Below, piece by piece: positions 46,579 to 55,380 of a stretch of DNA of 64,000 bases. Within the stretch, counting starts at the first letter, position 1. Every line of letters starts with the position of its first letter. Source of the DNA: Patescibacteria group bacterium (GTDB taxonomy: Bacteria > Patescibacteriota > Minisyncoccia > Moranbacterales > JAKLHP01); NCBI GenBank assembly GCA_043803385.1, contig JAZDKA010000041.1:19799-83798 (forward strand). The letters are read 5' to 3'. The notes beneath the pieces are model-generated. The model had not been told where the DNA came from. It searched no databases and saw only the letters and a program-made list of their open reading frames with translations. A program made the position numbers and the translations under genes.

Positions 46579-47433
46579 TTATTTCACCATTTCTGCTTTG
46601 ACGACAATCCTCCGAAGAGCTGTTCCTAGCGGCCAGCAAGTGGATAATGTTAGCGTCGGTTCGGATGTTTCGGCAAATATTCTTTCATCATCCGGAGCAT
46701 CAATATATTTTCCGGAAACTTTGTACTGGTAAATGACAACTGCTCCATTGTATTGGATAGTTTTTACGGAAATCAGATCTCCGGCTTCAAGATTATTCAA
46801 ATCTTTGAAGATATAATTATAATCTCCCTTCACCCAAACGTAATTGCTTGAATGTCCGGAAATTACCATATTTCCATTCTGTCCGGGCGAAGCAGTTTTT
46901 GGATAATGGGCAATCCCGCTTTTCAAATCTTCCAGCATATTTTTTTCATCTTCGCTCACTGACCAAATCATTGGAGCATTCACCGATATTTTTTCTATAG
47001 ACAGTTCCACTTTCATTTTTCTGTCTCCCGGAAAACTTGGGTCGTAGCCGTTAGCTATTTCATTCTTGTCAGAATATCCGTCTCCGTCCGTGTCGGCTTT
47101 TCGCGGATCAGTCCCGTGGACATATTCCAAAAAATTAGGAAGCCCGTCTCCATCCGGATCGCCGTCATATTTTTCGCTTCCTGCGCCCAAATTATGCTGT
47201 TCCGCCCATCCGTCATAATCCAGGGAAGCAATAGAACTCGAACCCATTCTTTTTTTGAGTTCCTGGTTGCTATTGTCGCTGGAAACGTTTAAAGAAGCGG
47301 GTAATTTTTGGTTGCTCGGTTTGATGTCCAAATTGGACAGATAAAAAAGAATAAAAAATATGGCCAATAAAAAACAGCTGAAAAGAATAGAATTAATCCA
47401 ACTGCCTCTTATTTTTCGCCAAAAATTGTTCAT
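46579..47433 (-). CDS. Sortase family transpeptidase with thrombospondin-type-3-like Ca-binding repeats
   Basis: Has the TLSTCWP catalytic motif (TLxTC) and DPDGDGLPN / DTDGDGYSD repeats. N-terminal TM segment. Confidence 0.75.
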   Translation of the reverse strand: MNNFWRKIRGSWINSILFSCFLLAIFFILFYLSNLDIKPSNQKLPASLNVSSDNSNQELKKRMGSSSIASLDYDGWAEQHNLGAGSEKYDGDPDGDGLPNFLEYVHGTDPRKADTDGDGYSDKNEIANGYDPSFPGDRKMKVELSIEKISVNAPMIWSVSEDEKNMLEDLKSGIAHYPKTASPGQNGNMVISGHSSNYVWVKGDYNYIFKDLNNLEAGDLISVKTIQYNGAVVIYQYKVSGKYIDAPDDERIFAETSEPTLTLSTCWPLGTALRRIVVKAEMVK

Positions 47434-47449
47434 GATTTTAATTCAAAAA

Positions 47450-47995
47450 CTATTTTGCGTATCTTTTGTAAGTTTTTACAGAACCTGCAGCTACTAATCC
47501 TGAAGCGGCTAAAATTCCAAGCAGTCCCGGAATTCCTGCTCCCGTAGCTGGCAATACTTTCTTGGTTATATAAACTTTTTTTCCGTCTTTATTATGAGTG
47601 TAATAAACCTTCTTTCCGTTTTTGTATTCGTAATGATCATTATTATGATCCTTATTTCCGTTATCTTTATCAACGTCTACCTCCACCTTTGTTTTTGAAG
47701 TTTGGCTAACAGAAGCGCTACCGCCAGTAGTTGACCGCGACTGGCTTTGAGATTGCGACTGTGATTGCGATTGTGATGATTGCGCAAGCTGTGAAGACGA
47801 AGATTGTTTCTGGCCTTGAGATTGCGACTGTGATTGTGATTGCGTTGCAGTTCCTCCTGTCGCAGTTGCCGTGTTTTTGTTAGTATTTTTCACGCTAACG
47901 TTTACGTCAGCGAATGCCAAATTTACAGCCAAAAAACACAAGGCTACGGCTGAAATAGCAAGCATTGACGCATAGATTATTCCCCTTTTTGCCAT
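47450..47995 (-). CDS. LPXTG-motif cell-surface protein (sortase substrate) with Ser-Gln repeats
   Basis: Signal peptide, (SQ)n low complexity, and a C-terminal LPATGAG + hydrophobic stretch + KTYKRYAK sorting signal. Confidence 0.65.
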   Translation of the reverse strand: MAKRGIIYASMLAISAVALCFLAVNLAFADVNVSVKNTNKNTATATGGTATQSQSQSQSQGQKQSSSSQLAQSSQSQSQSQSQSQSRSTTGGSASVSQTSKTKVEVDVDKDNGNKDHNNDHYEYKNGKKVYYTHNKDGKKVYITKKVLPATGAGIPGLLGILAASGLVAAGSVKTYKRYAK

Positions 47996-48122
47996 ATTGA
48001 TTAAGTATATTAATAATTATTACCCGATAAGGGATTTTGTAGGCTAACAGATATCCGGTTTTTTGTCAAGTAAAAATGCCGACAGTTAGCCGGCAAGTAT
48101 AAATCTTTTTAAATATGATTTT

Positions 48123-49298
48123 TTATAACTGCACTTTCACTTTCATCTCTTGCCCGTCTCTAATTACGGTAAGTTCAATGGAATCCCCCTTTTTATATTG
48201 GCTCAAAAGATTAGATAATGGATTATCGAGATTAACTTCCTTATCGCCCACTGAAATTATAATGTCGTTTATTTTTAGCCCTGCTTTTTCCGCCGGAGAT
48301 CCGGAAAGTATAGCCAGTCCTTGCTTTCCAGATGAGGAATAAATTAGCGCGCCCTTATCGCGATTCAAATTATTAGCAATCGCATAAGCTTTGCTTATGG
48401 GCAAATAATAAATTCCAAGATACGGCCTTTTGCTGAATTCATTTCCAGTTGCCAAATTCATTGAGTTCTTGACTATATTGGAAGGAATTTCGAAAAATTT
48501 TTCTTGGTTATCGGTAGTGAGCGATCCGATAATTCCAACTAGCTCGCCGTTATAATTAATAATTGGTCCGCCTAAGTAATCTTTTTTGTCCAAAAAATCC
48601 GTTTCAAAAACTCCTTCCATTTTTTCCGAAGAAGAAAGAGTTTTTCCGGAAATATTGAAAGTTTTGTCGATATTACTCAAAAGTCCCGAAGAATATCTGT
48701 TTTGATAATCCTCAAATGAATTTCCGATAGCGATAAGTTTTTTTCCCGGATAGAAATCATCTGAATTTGAAAACGGGATAGGAGAAAAGTTTCCCGCCTC
48801 GATTTTTAAAAATGCAAGATTGGTAAATTCATCTATTCCGACCAATTTCGCTTCATGCGAAGAACCGTTGAAGGGCAAAATTTGGTATCTGGCATCGCTT
48901 TCGGTTATAGCGGTTCGATATGTTGCAATAAGCCCGTCTGAAGTTATGATCACTCCAGTCCCATTTCTGATTCCTCCTAGCGGATTTAAAGCAGTTTTAT
49001 CTTTGTCTGAAATTGAAATTATGTTTACTACGGAAGCTCCGGCCTGTGAGGCAATCTTATTCACTGAATCTTCTTCTTTGATGGTTACTTGCTCGGTTTT
49101 GCTTATGATGGTCGTGTTTTCGATAGCTTTTTTAAATAATTTTAATTTTGATAATGTCGGAGAACTGCTGGCTTTTGGCAAAATATACGCATTGAAAACG
49201 ACGGATCCGAATCCACCGACTATGAACATAAACAATGCTAACAATAATATCCTGGTAAACTTCCTCATCTTATTTTTTATTATACCGCCAATTGCCAC
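48123..49298 (-). CDS. HtrA/DegP-like trypsin-fold + PDZ protein with all three catalytic residues substituted (pseudo-protease)
   Basis: Alignment to the neighbouring htrA shows His->Thr (LIATYRTAI vs LVATNKHVV), Asp->Asn (NLAFLKIE vs DIAIIKVE) and Ser->Leu (DYLGGP vs GNSGGP). The PDZ region is retained. Confidence 0.7.
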   Translation of the reverse strand: MAIGGIIKNKMRKFTRILLLALFMFIVGGFGSVVFNAYILPKASSSPTLSKLKLFKKAIENTTIISKTEQVTIKEEDSVNKIASQAGASVVNIISISDKDKTALNPLGGIRNGTGVIITSDGLIATYRTAITESDARYQILPFNGSSHEAKLVGIDEFTNLAFLKIEAGNFSPIPFSNSDDFYPGKKLIAIGNSFEDYQNRYSSGLLSNIDKTFNISGKTLSSSEKMEGVFETDFLDKKDYLGGPIINYNGELVGIIGSLTTDNQEKFFEIPSNIVKNSMNLATGNEFSKRPYLGIYYLPISKAYAIANNLNRDKGALIYSSSGKQGLAILSGSPAEKAGLKINDIIISVGDKEVNLDNPLSNLLSQYKKGDSIELTVIRDGQEMKVKVQL

Positions 49299-50017
49299 CT
49301 TGAGCTGGTTAATATCAGCCCGATTATTATGCTGAATACGATTAAATTTACAATTATCCTTTTTTTGGAAAGCTTTCTTGAAAAGTAGCTGTTAGCCATA
49401 TCCCAAAACACATAATAGAAAATAAGGGCTATTACTCCGGTTGTCAAGTATCCGAACGGCCAGAAATTTATTACCCATGAAAGTTCCGCCATAGCCATGG
49501 AGAGTATCAAACTATAATTCAGGATTTTCTTTTTGTCTTTGGAAATAACGCTGAAATAATGATAGCTTAAAATAAAAGTAATAGCCAGAAAAGCAAACAT
49601 CAGTATAGTTAGCGGAATGGAAAAATTTATGTAAATTCCGTAAAATCCGGCATAGAAAAAGAAAGCCGATGCCATTATCGCTCCCGCGTAAACTCCGGCA
49701 GCTGTCTGATCTTTGGAATAATTTTTGAGCCGATATATTCCAAGAAGAATAAAATAGAATACAGTAGAAGAAAAAATAATAAATATCTGTTTTTCTAATG
49801 GAAAGTCTATAAGATAAAATAGAACTATCGATGACAGGGAAAATAGCATCGGAATAACGGAAAAAGAATATTTTTCCCCCAGCCTTTTTCCCGCAAAGAA
49901 TGAAAAAAACAAAAAAAATGCCGCCAAAAACCAAACGAGATTTTCATTGAGATAAATAAGTTCAAAAGCAGATAAAAACAATACGGAATAAAATAGAGAT
50001 TTAAGGTGAAAAAACAT
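49280..50017 (-). CDS. Hypothetical polytopic membrane protein
   Basis: A 245-aa protein with ~7 predicted TM helices. Confidence 0.45.
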   Translation of the reverse strand: MFFHLKSLFYSVLFLSAFELIYLNENLVWFLAAFFLFFSFFAGKRLGEKYSFSVIPMLFSLSSIVLFYLIDFPLEKQIFIIFSSTVFYFILLGIYRLKNYSKDQTAAGVYAGAIMASAFFFYAGFYGIYINFSIPLTILMFAFLAITFILSYHYFSVISKDKKKILNYSLILSMAMAELSWVINFWPFGYLTTGVIALIFYYVFWDMANSYFSRKLSKKRIIVNLIVFSIIIGLILTSSRWQLAV

Positions 50018-50137
50018 ATACCGGAAATTACTAATTTCTAATTATTCTAATTTCTAATCAAATCCCAATTACTAAATTTTCTAATTTAAAAAATTAGAAA
50101 TTAGGTTAATTAGGTCAATTAGAAATTTTATTTTATT

Positions 50138-51364
50138 TTATTTTATTTCCTCCAACGTGGCTTTTACGTCATTCGTACTTCCTTTATGCCAGACTTTTAA
50201 CGTTATTGTGTCTCCGACATTGTAATTAGCAATAAGATCGCTAAGCTGGTTGCTGTCATTTACTTTGGTTCCATTTACTTCCAGTATTATATCATTTTCA
50301 ACTATTCCGGCTTTGTCAGCTGGAGAATTGGGCATTACTGCCAGATCTGTCGGCTTTGATCCCCTCAAGACAAGTGCGCCGTAGCCAAAAGGAAGATTAT
50401 TGTCGGACTGAATCTGCTTGTCTATAATAACGCTTCTTACTCCCAGATAAGGAGTTGATATTTTTCCCGTAGCATTCACTTGGTCCACTATTTTTTTTAT
50501 CTGGTTGGAAGGAATCGCGAATCCTATATTTTGAGCGCCTTGAGCTATGGCTACGTTTATGCCTATAACATTACCGCTGATGTCCAAAAGCGGACCGCCT
50601 GAATTTCCGGGATTTATGGCGGCATCCGTCTGAATTATATTGGAAAGCTGCTCGGTTTGTCCAAGGCCTGATCCGGCAGTCAGATTCCGGCTTAGGCCGG
50701 AGATAATGCCCTTGCTCACTGTATTATAAAACTCTCCTAAAGAATTTCCAATGGCGATAACAGTTTGTCCCACTTTCAAATTGTTCGAATCCCCAAAACT
50801 CAAAGTGGGAAAATTATTTCCTTCGACTTTGATTATTGCGATATCCTTAACTGGATCTCTGGCTAGAACTTTGGCTGGATATTCTTTTCCGTCATTTGCT
50901 ATAACGGTGTAATCAGCGTTTGCGTCGCTTACCACATGCTTATTGGTTGCTACTAATCCATTTTGATTTACCAGAAATCCTGATCCGGCGCCCACTGTTT
51001 GCTTCTCGGTGCCGCTACTTTGATTTTCTTCGAGGTCATTGAAAAACCCGAAAGGATCTTGGAAAAAGCTCCTGTATTTTGGCACATCCTTTGAAATAAC
51101 GATGCTAACAACTGCCGGAGTAGATTTGTTTACTGTTTCTATCACAGTCGATTCTTCCTCGGTGATATTTTGATTTACTGCTTGATTCGATTGGTCCGTT
51201 TTCTTTCCTATGGAAATTTTTCCACCCATAAATCCAAATACTGCTCCAAAAAAAGATGAAAGCAGGATCGAAAGTATGATTGCTGTTGTGAATATTGATT
51301 TTGAAGCACTCTTGACGCTATCTTGTTTTGGAATTTCTTGTTCTCGATTAGTTATATTTTCCAT
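50138..51364 (-). CDS. htrA: Serine protease HtrA/DegP (active triad) with PDZ domain
   Basis: Has TNKHVV (His), DIAIIKV (Asp) and GNSGGPLLD (Ser), plus a C-terminal PDZ domain. ATG start chosen at MENITNREQ; the ORF track used an upstream TTG. Confidence 0.85.
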   Translation of the reverse strand: MENITNREQEIPKQDSVKSASKSIFTTAIILSILLSSFFGAVFGFMGGKISIGKKTDQSNQAVNQNITEEESTVIETVNKSTPAVVSIVISKDVPKYRSFFQDPFGFFNDLEENQSSGTEKQTVGAGSGFLVNQNGLVATNKHVVSDANADYTVIANDGKEYPAKVLARDPVKDIAIIKVEGNNFPTLSFGDSNNLKVGQTVIAIGNSLGEFYNTVSKGIISGLSRNLTAGSGLGQTEQLSNIIQTDAAINPGNSGGPLLDISGNVIGINVAIAQGAQNIGFAIPSNQIKKIVDQVNATGKISTPYLGVRSVIIDKQIQSDNNLPFGYGALVLRGSKPTDLAVMPNSPADKAGIVENDIILEVNGTKVNDSNQLSDLIANYNVGDTITLKVWHKGSTNDVKATLEEIK

Positions 51365-51574
51365 ATTGGGAATAGATTTTAATTTTGGTTTTATATTTAA
51401 GACTTGCGCATTTGCCTCTGTCAAAGCCGTAGCTCCGGCGCGATGACGGACAATTTTGTAATCGCGCCTCCGAAAACGGCTTGTCATAGTCAAATACGCA
51501 AGCTTCGCTTTTTTTATCAAATTATTGCTTAAATGTCCGCATTAGTCTGCGTTAAGTCCGCGTAGGTCGGCGGA

Positions 51575-51757
51575 CTATTCTTCCATTGAAACAGCACTTA
51601 CTGGACAGCTGTTAATAACTTCTTCGCAGTTGCATTCCCCGCATTCGTCTGCGATCACTTTTGATTTCCCATTTTCAACTTTAAAAACATCGGGGCATGT
51701 TGACTCGCATGTTCCGCATCCAATGCAAGTATCCTCATCTACTTTTGGTTTTGGCAT
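51575..51757 (-). CDS. 4Fe-4S ferredoxin
   Basis: CIGCGTCESTCP and CGECNCEEVINSCP cysteine motifs. Length 60 aa. Confidence 0.8.
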   Translation of the reverse strand: MPKPKVDEDTCIGCGTCESTCPDVFKVENGKSKVIADECGECNCEEVINSCPVSAVSMEE

Positions 51758-51765
51758 AAAAAATT

Positions 51766-52810
51766 TTAAAATAATACTGATGCATCTCCCTGGGAGTTGT
51801 TTATTATTTCCTTTTCGAAATTTTTCATTGGTTCATCTTTGAAATCAACGGTTTCTTCTTCTTTGTTCCAGGAATAATCTTTGGAAAATACCATGATTTT
51901 CATTTTTTTCATTTCTTCGTAAAGAAATTCTCCGAAAGTTTTTTTGGGCAGAAAAATCTGCCTTATTCTTATAAGTTCGGAATCATTTTCTGTTTTTTTG
52001 TCTTCCACTTCAATAATATGGAATCCAAGGGAGCTTTCAATAATGTCGCTTATTTTCCCCTTGTCTGAAGCAAAGACTGCCTTCGATACTTCTTCAATGA
52101 GCTGGTCTTTTTTGAACCACCCAAGCTCTCCCCCATCTTGGGCAGTTGATCCTTTTGAATATTCCATGGCGACATCGGCAAAAACTTTCTTCTTATTGAG
52201 TTCGGCTTTTGCTTTTTCTATTTGTTCTTTTCCTTTCTTGACCGAACTATCTCTGGATGCAAATATTTTTTCAAGCTCCTGGCGGTATAGATCCGGTTTC
52301 ACGACTTTTTCCTTAAAATCATCAATTGACCAGCCGTATAGTTTTTCCAGGTTATTATTCAAATTATCTCCCGTTCCGTATTCTTCCATTTTTCTGCTTA
52401 AATTTTGGCTGACCATCGCATCCGTTATCTTCATACCTTCTTTTCGGGCTAAAATTTCAATCGCTTTGTCTTCGATCATTCTTTCGAGTACTTCTTTCTC
52501 TTTCATCTTCAGCCTTTTTTTTCCATTTTCAGTGGAAAAATCCACCCGCAAATCAACTTTCGAAAAATCCTGGTTTTCATAAAATTTCTTCACTGATTCA
52601 AGATTGTTATTGAGATTTTTAAATGTGATAAAATTATAATTATTCAAAACCGCAACCGGATATGGGATTATTTTTTCCATTTTTTTAACAGCCTTATAAT
52701 CTTTTCCAAATCCGTAAATAAGAATGCCAAAAACAACGATAATAGCTACAGCTACTATCAAACTAGAGTAAACAATAGTTGATATTTTTACTTCATTATC
52801 TTTTGCCATA
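51766..52810 (-). CDS. PpiC-type (parvulin) peptidyl-prolyl cis-trans isomerase, SurA/PrsA-like
   Basis: Start taken at MAKDNEV. N-terminal TM segment. The parvulin domain carries GGELGWFKKDQL...GFHIIEV. Confidence 0.75.
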
Positions 52811-52952
52811 ATTGTCTTTGAGCGTAGCGAGAAGCTACAATTATGAGCATCCCGCATCAATTTTTTAACTGATATTTATATTTATCCAGGTAAGCCGTAG
52901 GCGATTCCGTGGATAAAACTAGCTTTTGTTTTAAATTTTATTCGAAATTGAT
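52811..52952 (-). repeat. Family B MITE-like element copy B5
   Basis: gagcatcccgcatcaattt ... aggcgattccgtggataaaa ... gaaattgattgcggga. The TIRs show co-varying substitutions. Confidence 0.75.
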
Positions 52953-52971
52953 TGCGGGATTATACATATTT

Positions 52972-53361
52972 TTAATATCTAAAGAAATAATCCCACCATC
53001 TCACATAATTGGGCCGGCTGTCAGTTTCCGCGACAACATTTTTTGTTTCCTGGCTTTCGGCATTTCCTCCCCTCAAGACCGGGCTGGGTTTTATTACTGC
53101 CACATTTTCATTTTCTTTCTGGAGATTGAGTTTTTCTTTGGCAATCCGTTCTTGGAATTCCGGAGTTTCAAAATAGGTTATTTTTTCCTTCATATCGCCG
53201 TTGTTCTGGCGAAGCTTATCTGCTTCCTGGCGCAGAGAACTTATCTCATTTTCAATTTGCTTGTTTCTTCGGTTTTCTTTAAAAGCAAAATAGGAAATCC
53301 ATCCGGCAATAATAATTCCGAAAATTATGAAAATTATTGAAAAAAATGATCTTTTCCCCAT
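52972..53361 (-). CDS. ftsB: Septum formation initiator family protein (FtsB/DivIC-like)
   Basis: N-terminal TM segment and a coiled coil (EISSLRQEADKLRQNNGDMKEKI). Length 129 aa. Confidence 0.6.
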   Translation of the reverse strand: MGKRSFFSIIFIIFGIIIAGWISYFAFKENRRNKQIENEISSLRQEADKLRQNNGDMKEKITYFETPEFQERIAKEKLNLQKENENVAVIKPSPVLRGGNAESQETKNVVAETDSRPNYVRWWDYFFRY

Positions 53362-53363
53362 TT

Positions 53364-53477
53364 TTATTGGGTTCTGATTAGAGGAGCCAATTCAAAAGCA
53401 ATCATAGAAATTACTCCCAAAAGAGTAATTACTATCCAAATAACGCGCAACTTCTTTTTTCTTCGATTATTATGCAT
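53364..53477 (-). CDS. Possible 37-aa small membrane protein MHNNRRKKKLRVIWIVITLLGVISMIAFELAPLIRTQ
   Basis: An ATG-initiated ORF whose stop lies 2 nt before the ftsB start. Basic N-terminus plus one TM segment (FtsL-like layout). Confidence 0.3.
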   Translation of the reverse strand: MHNNRRKKKLRVIWIVITLLGVISMIAFELAPLIRTQ

Positions 53478-53687
53478 GATAATAAAATCAAAAATCAAAA
53501 TTATTTAATTTTATCCTTATTATATCCTATTTTTTTAGACCTGACAAATGCAATAAAAAAAACCGCCATTGGGCCATGAATTAAAGAAAAATGGCAATAA
53601 TATCAATGAGAGAGCAAAGATACTTCTTGCCAATTATATTTTCTTTAAATTCACAGCCCGCTAGCGGCTTAGATTTGCGATTTACCC

Positions 53688-53765
53688 CATTTAAATCCAC
53701 AAACAATTTCTGAATTTGAATCGGAAGGGAAATAAAATTGGTGTTGCAACTACTTCCCTGAAAAA
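53688..53765. repeat. Family F element copy 1 (cccatttaaatccacaaacaatttctgaatttgaatcggaagggaa...gttgcaac...ttccc)
   Basis: ~85% identical over ~50 nt to 54305-54392. It lies 3' of the gene 53886-54248. Confidence 0.65.
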
Positions 53766-53885
53766 GAACTTGGGTTCGGATTTGTAGTCATCATATCCGC
53801 AACTTCGCATATTCACTTTAGGACAATATGCTATCCCATGTATCTAGTTTAGGATGATACGTTATCCTTTATCATAAATATAAAT

Positions 53886-54248
53886 CTATAAAATTTTTTC
53901 GATTGTTTCATCAAGGAAATGATCCCAATCCGGCGCATGTCCGTTTGATTTTGCAGATTGCAAAACCTCAATCGATTTGTCTTTTTCAAGCCTCGTGGCT
54001 TTATCCATTGCGAACTCATCGTTAGTTCTGAATGGAATCTGCCAGATCGTAAAATCTTCTTTCATCCAGTACTCGCCAGCTACTCTCCCATATCTGCCAG
54101 TATACTGGTAAAGAGAAACGAATTTCTCTTTAGTGTGATACGTAGTTGTTCTTTTTGACCAGACATAATCTTTAGGTTGTCCACCTTCGATTATGCCTCC
54201 TTCAAAAATTGTAGACCTACTCCAAGGCATTTCTTTAAAAAATTTCAT
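53886..54248 (-). CDS. Hypothetical protein, foreign-looking (strong SD), cassette-like
   Basis: A 120-aa ORF preceded by AAAGGAGGATGT-ATG and followed by the family F element. Confidence 0.5.
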   Translation of the reverse strand: MKFFKEMPWSRSTIFEGGIIEGGQPKDYVWSKRTTTYHTKEKFVSLYQYTGRYGRVAGEYWMKEDFTIWQIPFRTNDEFAMDKATRLEKDKSIEVLQSAKSNGHAPDWDHFLDETIEKIL

Positions 54249-54304
54249 ACATCCTCCTTTGCGTTTTAAGCCCGCATGGCTTTAAGTTTTTTGAAACGAA
54301 CTAT

Positions 54305-54392
54305 GGGATTTTTCCCATTCAAACCCACAAAATAATTTATGAATTTGAATGGAGAGGGAATACTTGCGATGTTGCGTTGCAAGCATTCCCCG
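54305..54392. repeat. Family F element copy 2, contains hairpin gggaatacttgc/gcaagcattccc
   Basis: It lies 3' of the gene 54399-54941. Confidence 0.65.
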
Positions 54393-54398
54393 AAATTT

Positions 54399-54941
54399 CT
54401 ACTCCTCATGGATAAATTTCAGTAGCTTAATAACTGCTGGAATATCCTTGGGATGCTTGCGCAGGTTGTCTTCAACTCTCCTGCGGGCCTTCGCCAGTTC
54501 TTCTTCTGTCGGAAGAGCCTTGGCAAGTTCCCAATCTCTGACCAGCTCTAACTCAGCTTCTTCAAGTTTTTTCAGAAGCTCATTCCGAAGAGCCATGACA
54601 ACCTCCTTGGCCGTTGCTGGCCTAGAAAAAGAGTCTTTTTCTATTTCGCAATCCGAATCGCACTCCTCAGTATGCTCATGAGGCATCAACCAGCATACTT
54701 CAATGTCAAACCAACCCCCCGTGTGCTTATTTTTTCCCTCAAAGTAATAGCTCTGTATACTTACCCTGAGGATCTCCCCTTCTCTTAGGGGGAAATGATC
54801 AACTTTCATAAGGCTTTCATGGGTGAGTCCTAGAGATGCCAGTCTCTGGGCAAACTCATTTCTTGCTTCAACTTGACCCGCAAGCGAAGCGTCAAGAAGC
54901 GCCTTAATTTCCGCTAAATCTTTTTCTAATAAATCTTTCAT
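54399..54941 (-). CDS. Hypothetical protein, foreign-looking (strong SD, GC ~48%), cassette-like
   Basis: A 180-aa ORF preceded by AAAGGAGAAAAG-ATG. Acidic Cys/His patch HEHTEECDSDCE. Confidence 0.5.
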   Translation of the reverse strand: MKDLLEKDLAEIKALLDASLAGQVEARNEFAQRLASLGLTHESLMKVDHFPLREGEILRVSIQSYYFEGKNKHTGGWFDIEVCWLMPHEHTEECDSDCEIEKDSFSRPATAKEVVMALRNELLKKLEEAELELVRDWELAKALPTEEELAKARRRVEDNLRKHPKDIPAVIKLLKFIHEE

Positions 54942-55380
54942 CTTTTCTCCTTTGCTTCCAGGACTGAGCCCTAGAGCCTTGGATCACTTATATCTGTTTC
55001 TCTGCCATTACTGGTTCAGAGTGCCTAAAGCGAGGGATCTCGGTTTTCGCCGCCCGATTTCGATTTCAAATCGGGAAATATTTATTTTTTAAAACGAAAT
55101 TTCTCTTCTTTGCGAAGAGAGTGATGAAAAAGAATTTTTTTGATGGAAGTTTTGAAGGTTATATAATTGTTTAAAGCCTTAAACTATCCACCCCTCCTTT
55201 TCATCACTTTTTCCACAAAAATAAAAGCGACTAAGAAATTTTTCCGAAAAATTATTCGAGGAAGATTTCTCAATCGCTTTGGTAAATTTTTGAGTCTCTC
55301 TCCTCAATAATTTTTTTGAATTTTGATGAACTGTCATCTGATTTCAGCGTAACGGTCAAGCATATCATACAAAAAAGAAC

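Noticed and set aside
47700-47870. Repeat-rich DNA (gattgcgactgtgattgcgattgtgat) as a CRISPR or tandem repeat feature
   Set aside because: It is the coding sequence of the Ser-Gln repeat region of the LPXTG protein.
50018-50137. Possible CRISPR array (short direct repeats ttctaat / atttt)
   Set aside because: Repeat units are 5-7 nt and irregular, there are no spacer-sized unique segments, and no cas genes are nearby. This is an A/T-rich promoter microsatellite.
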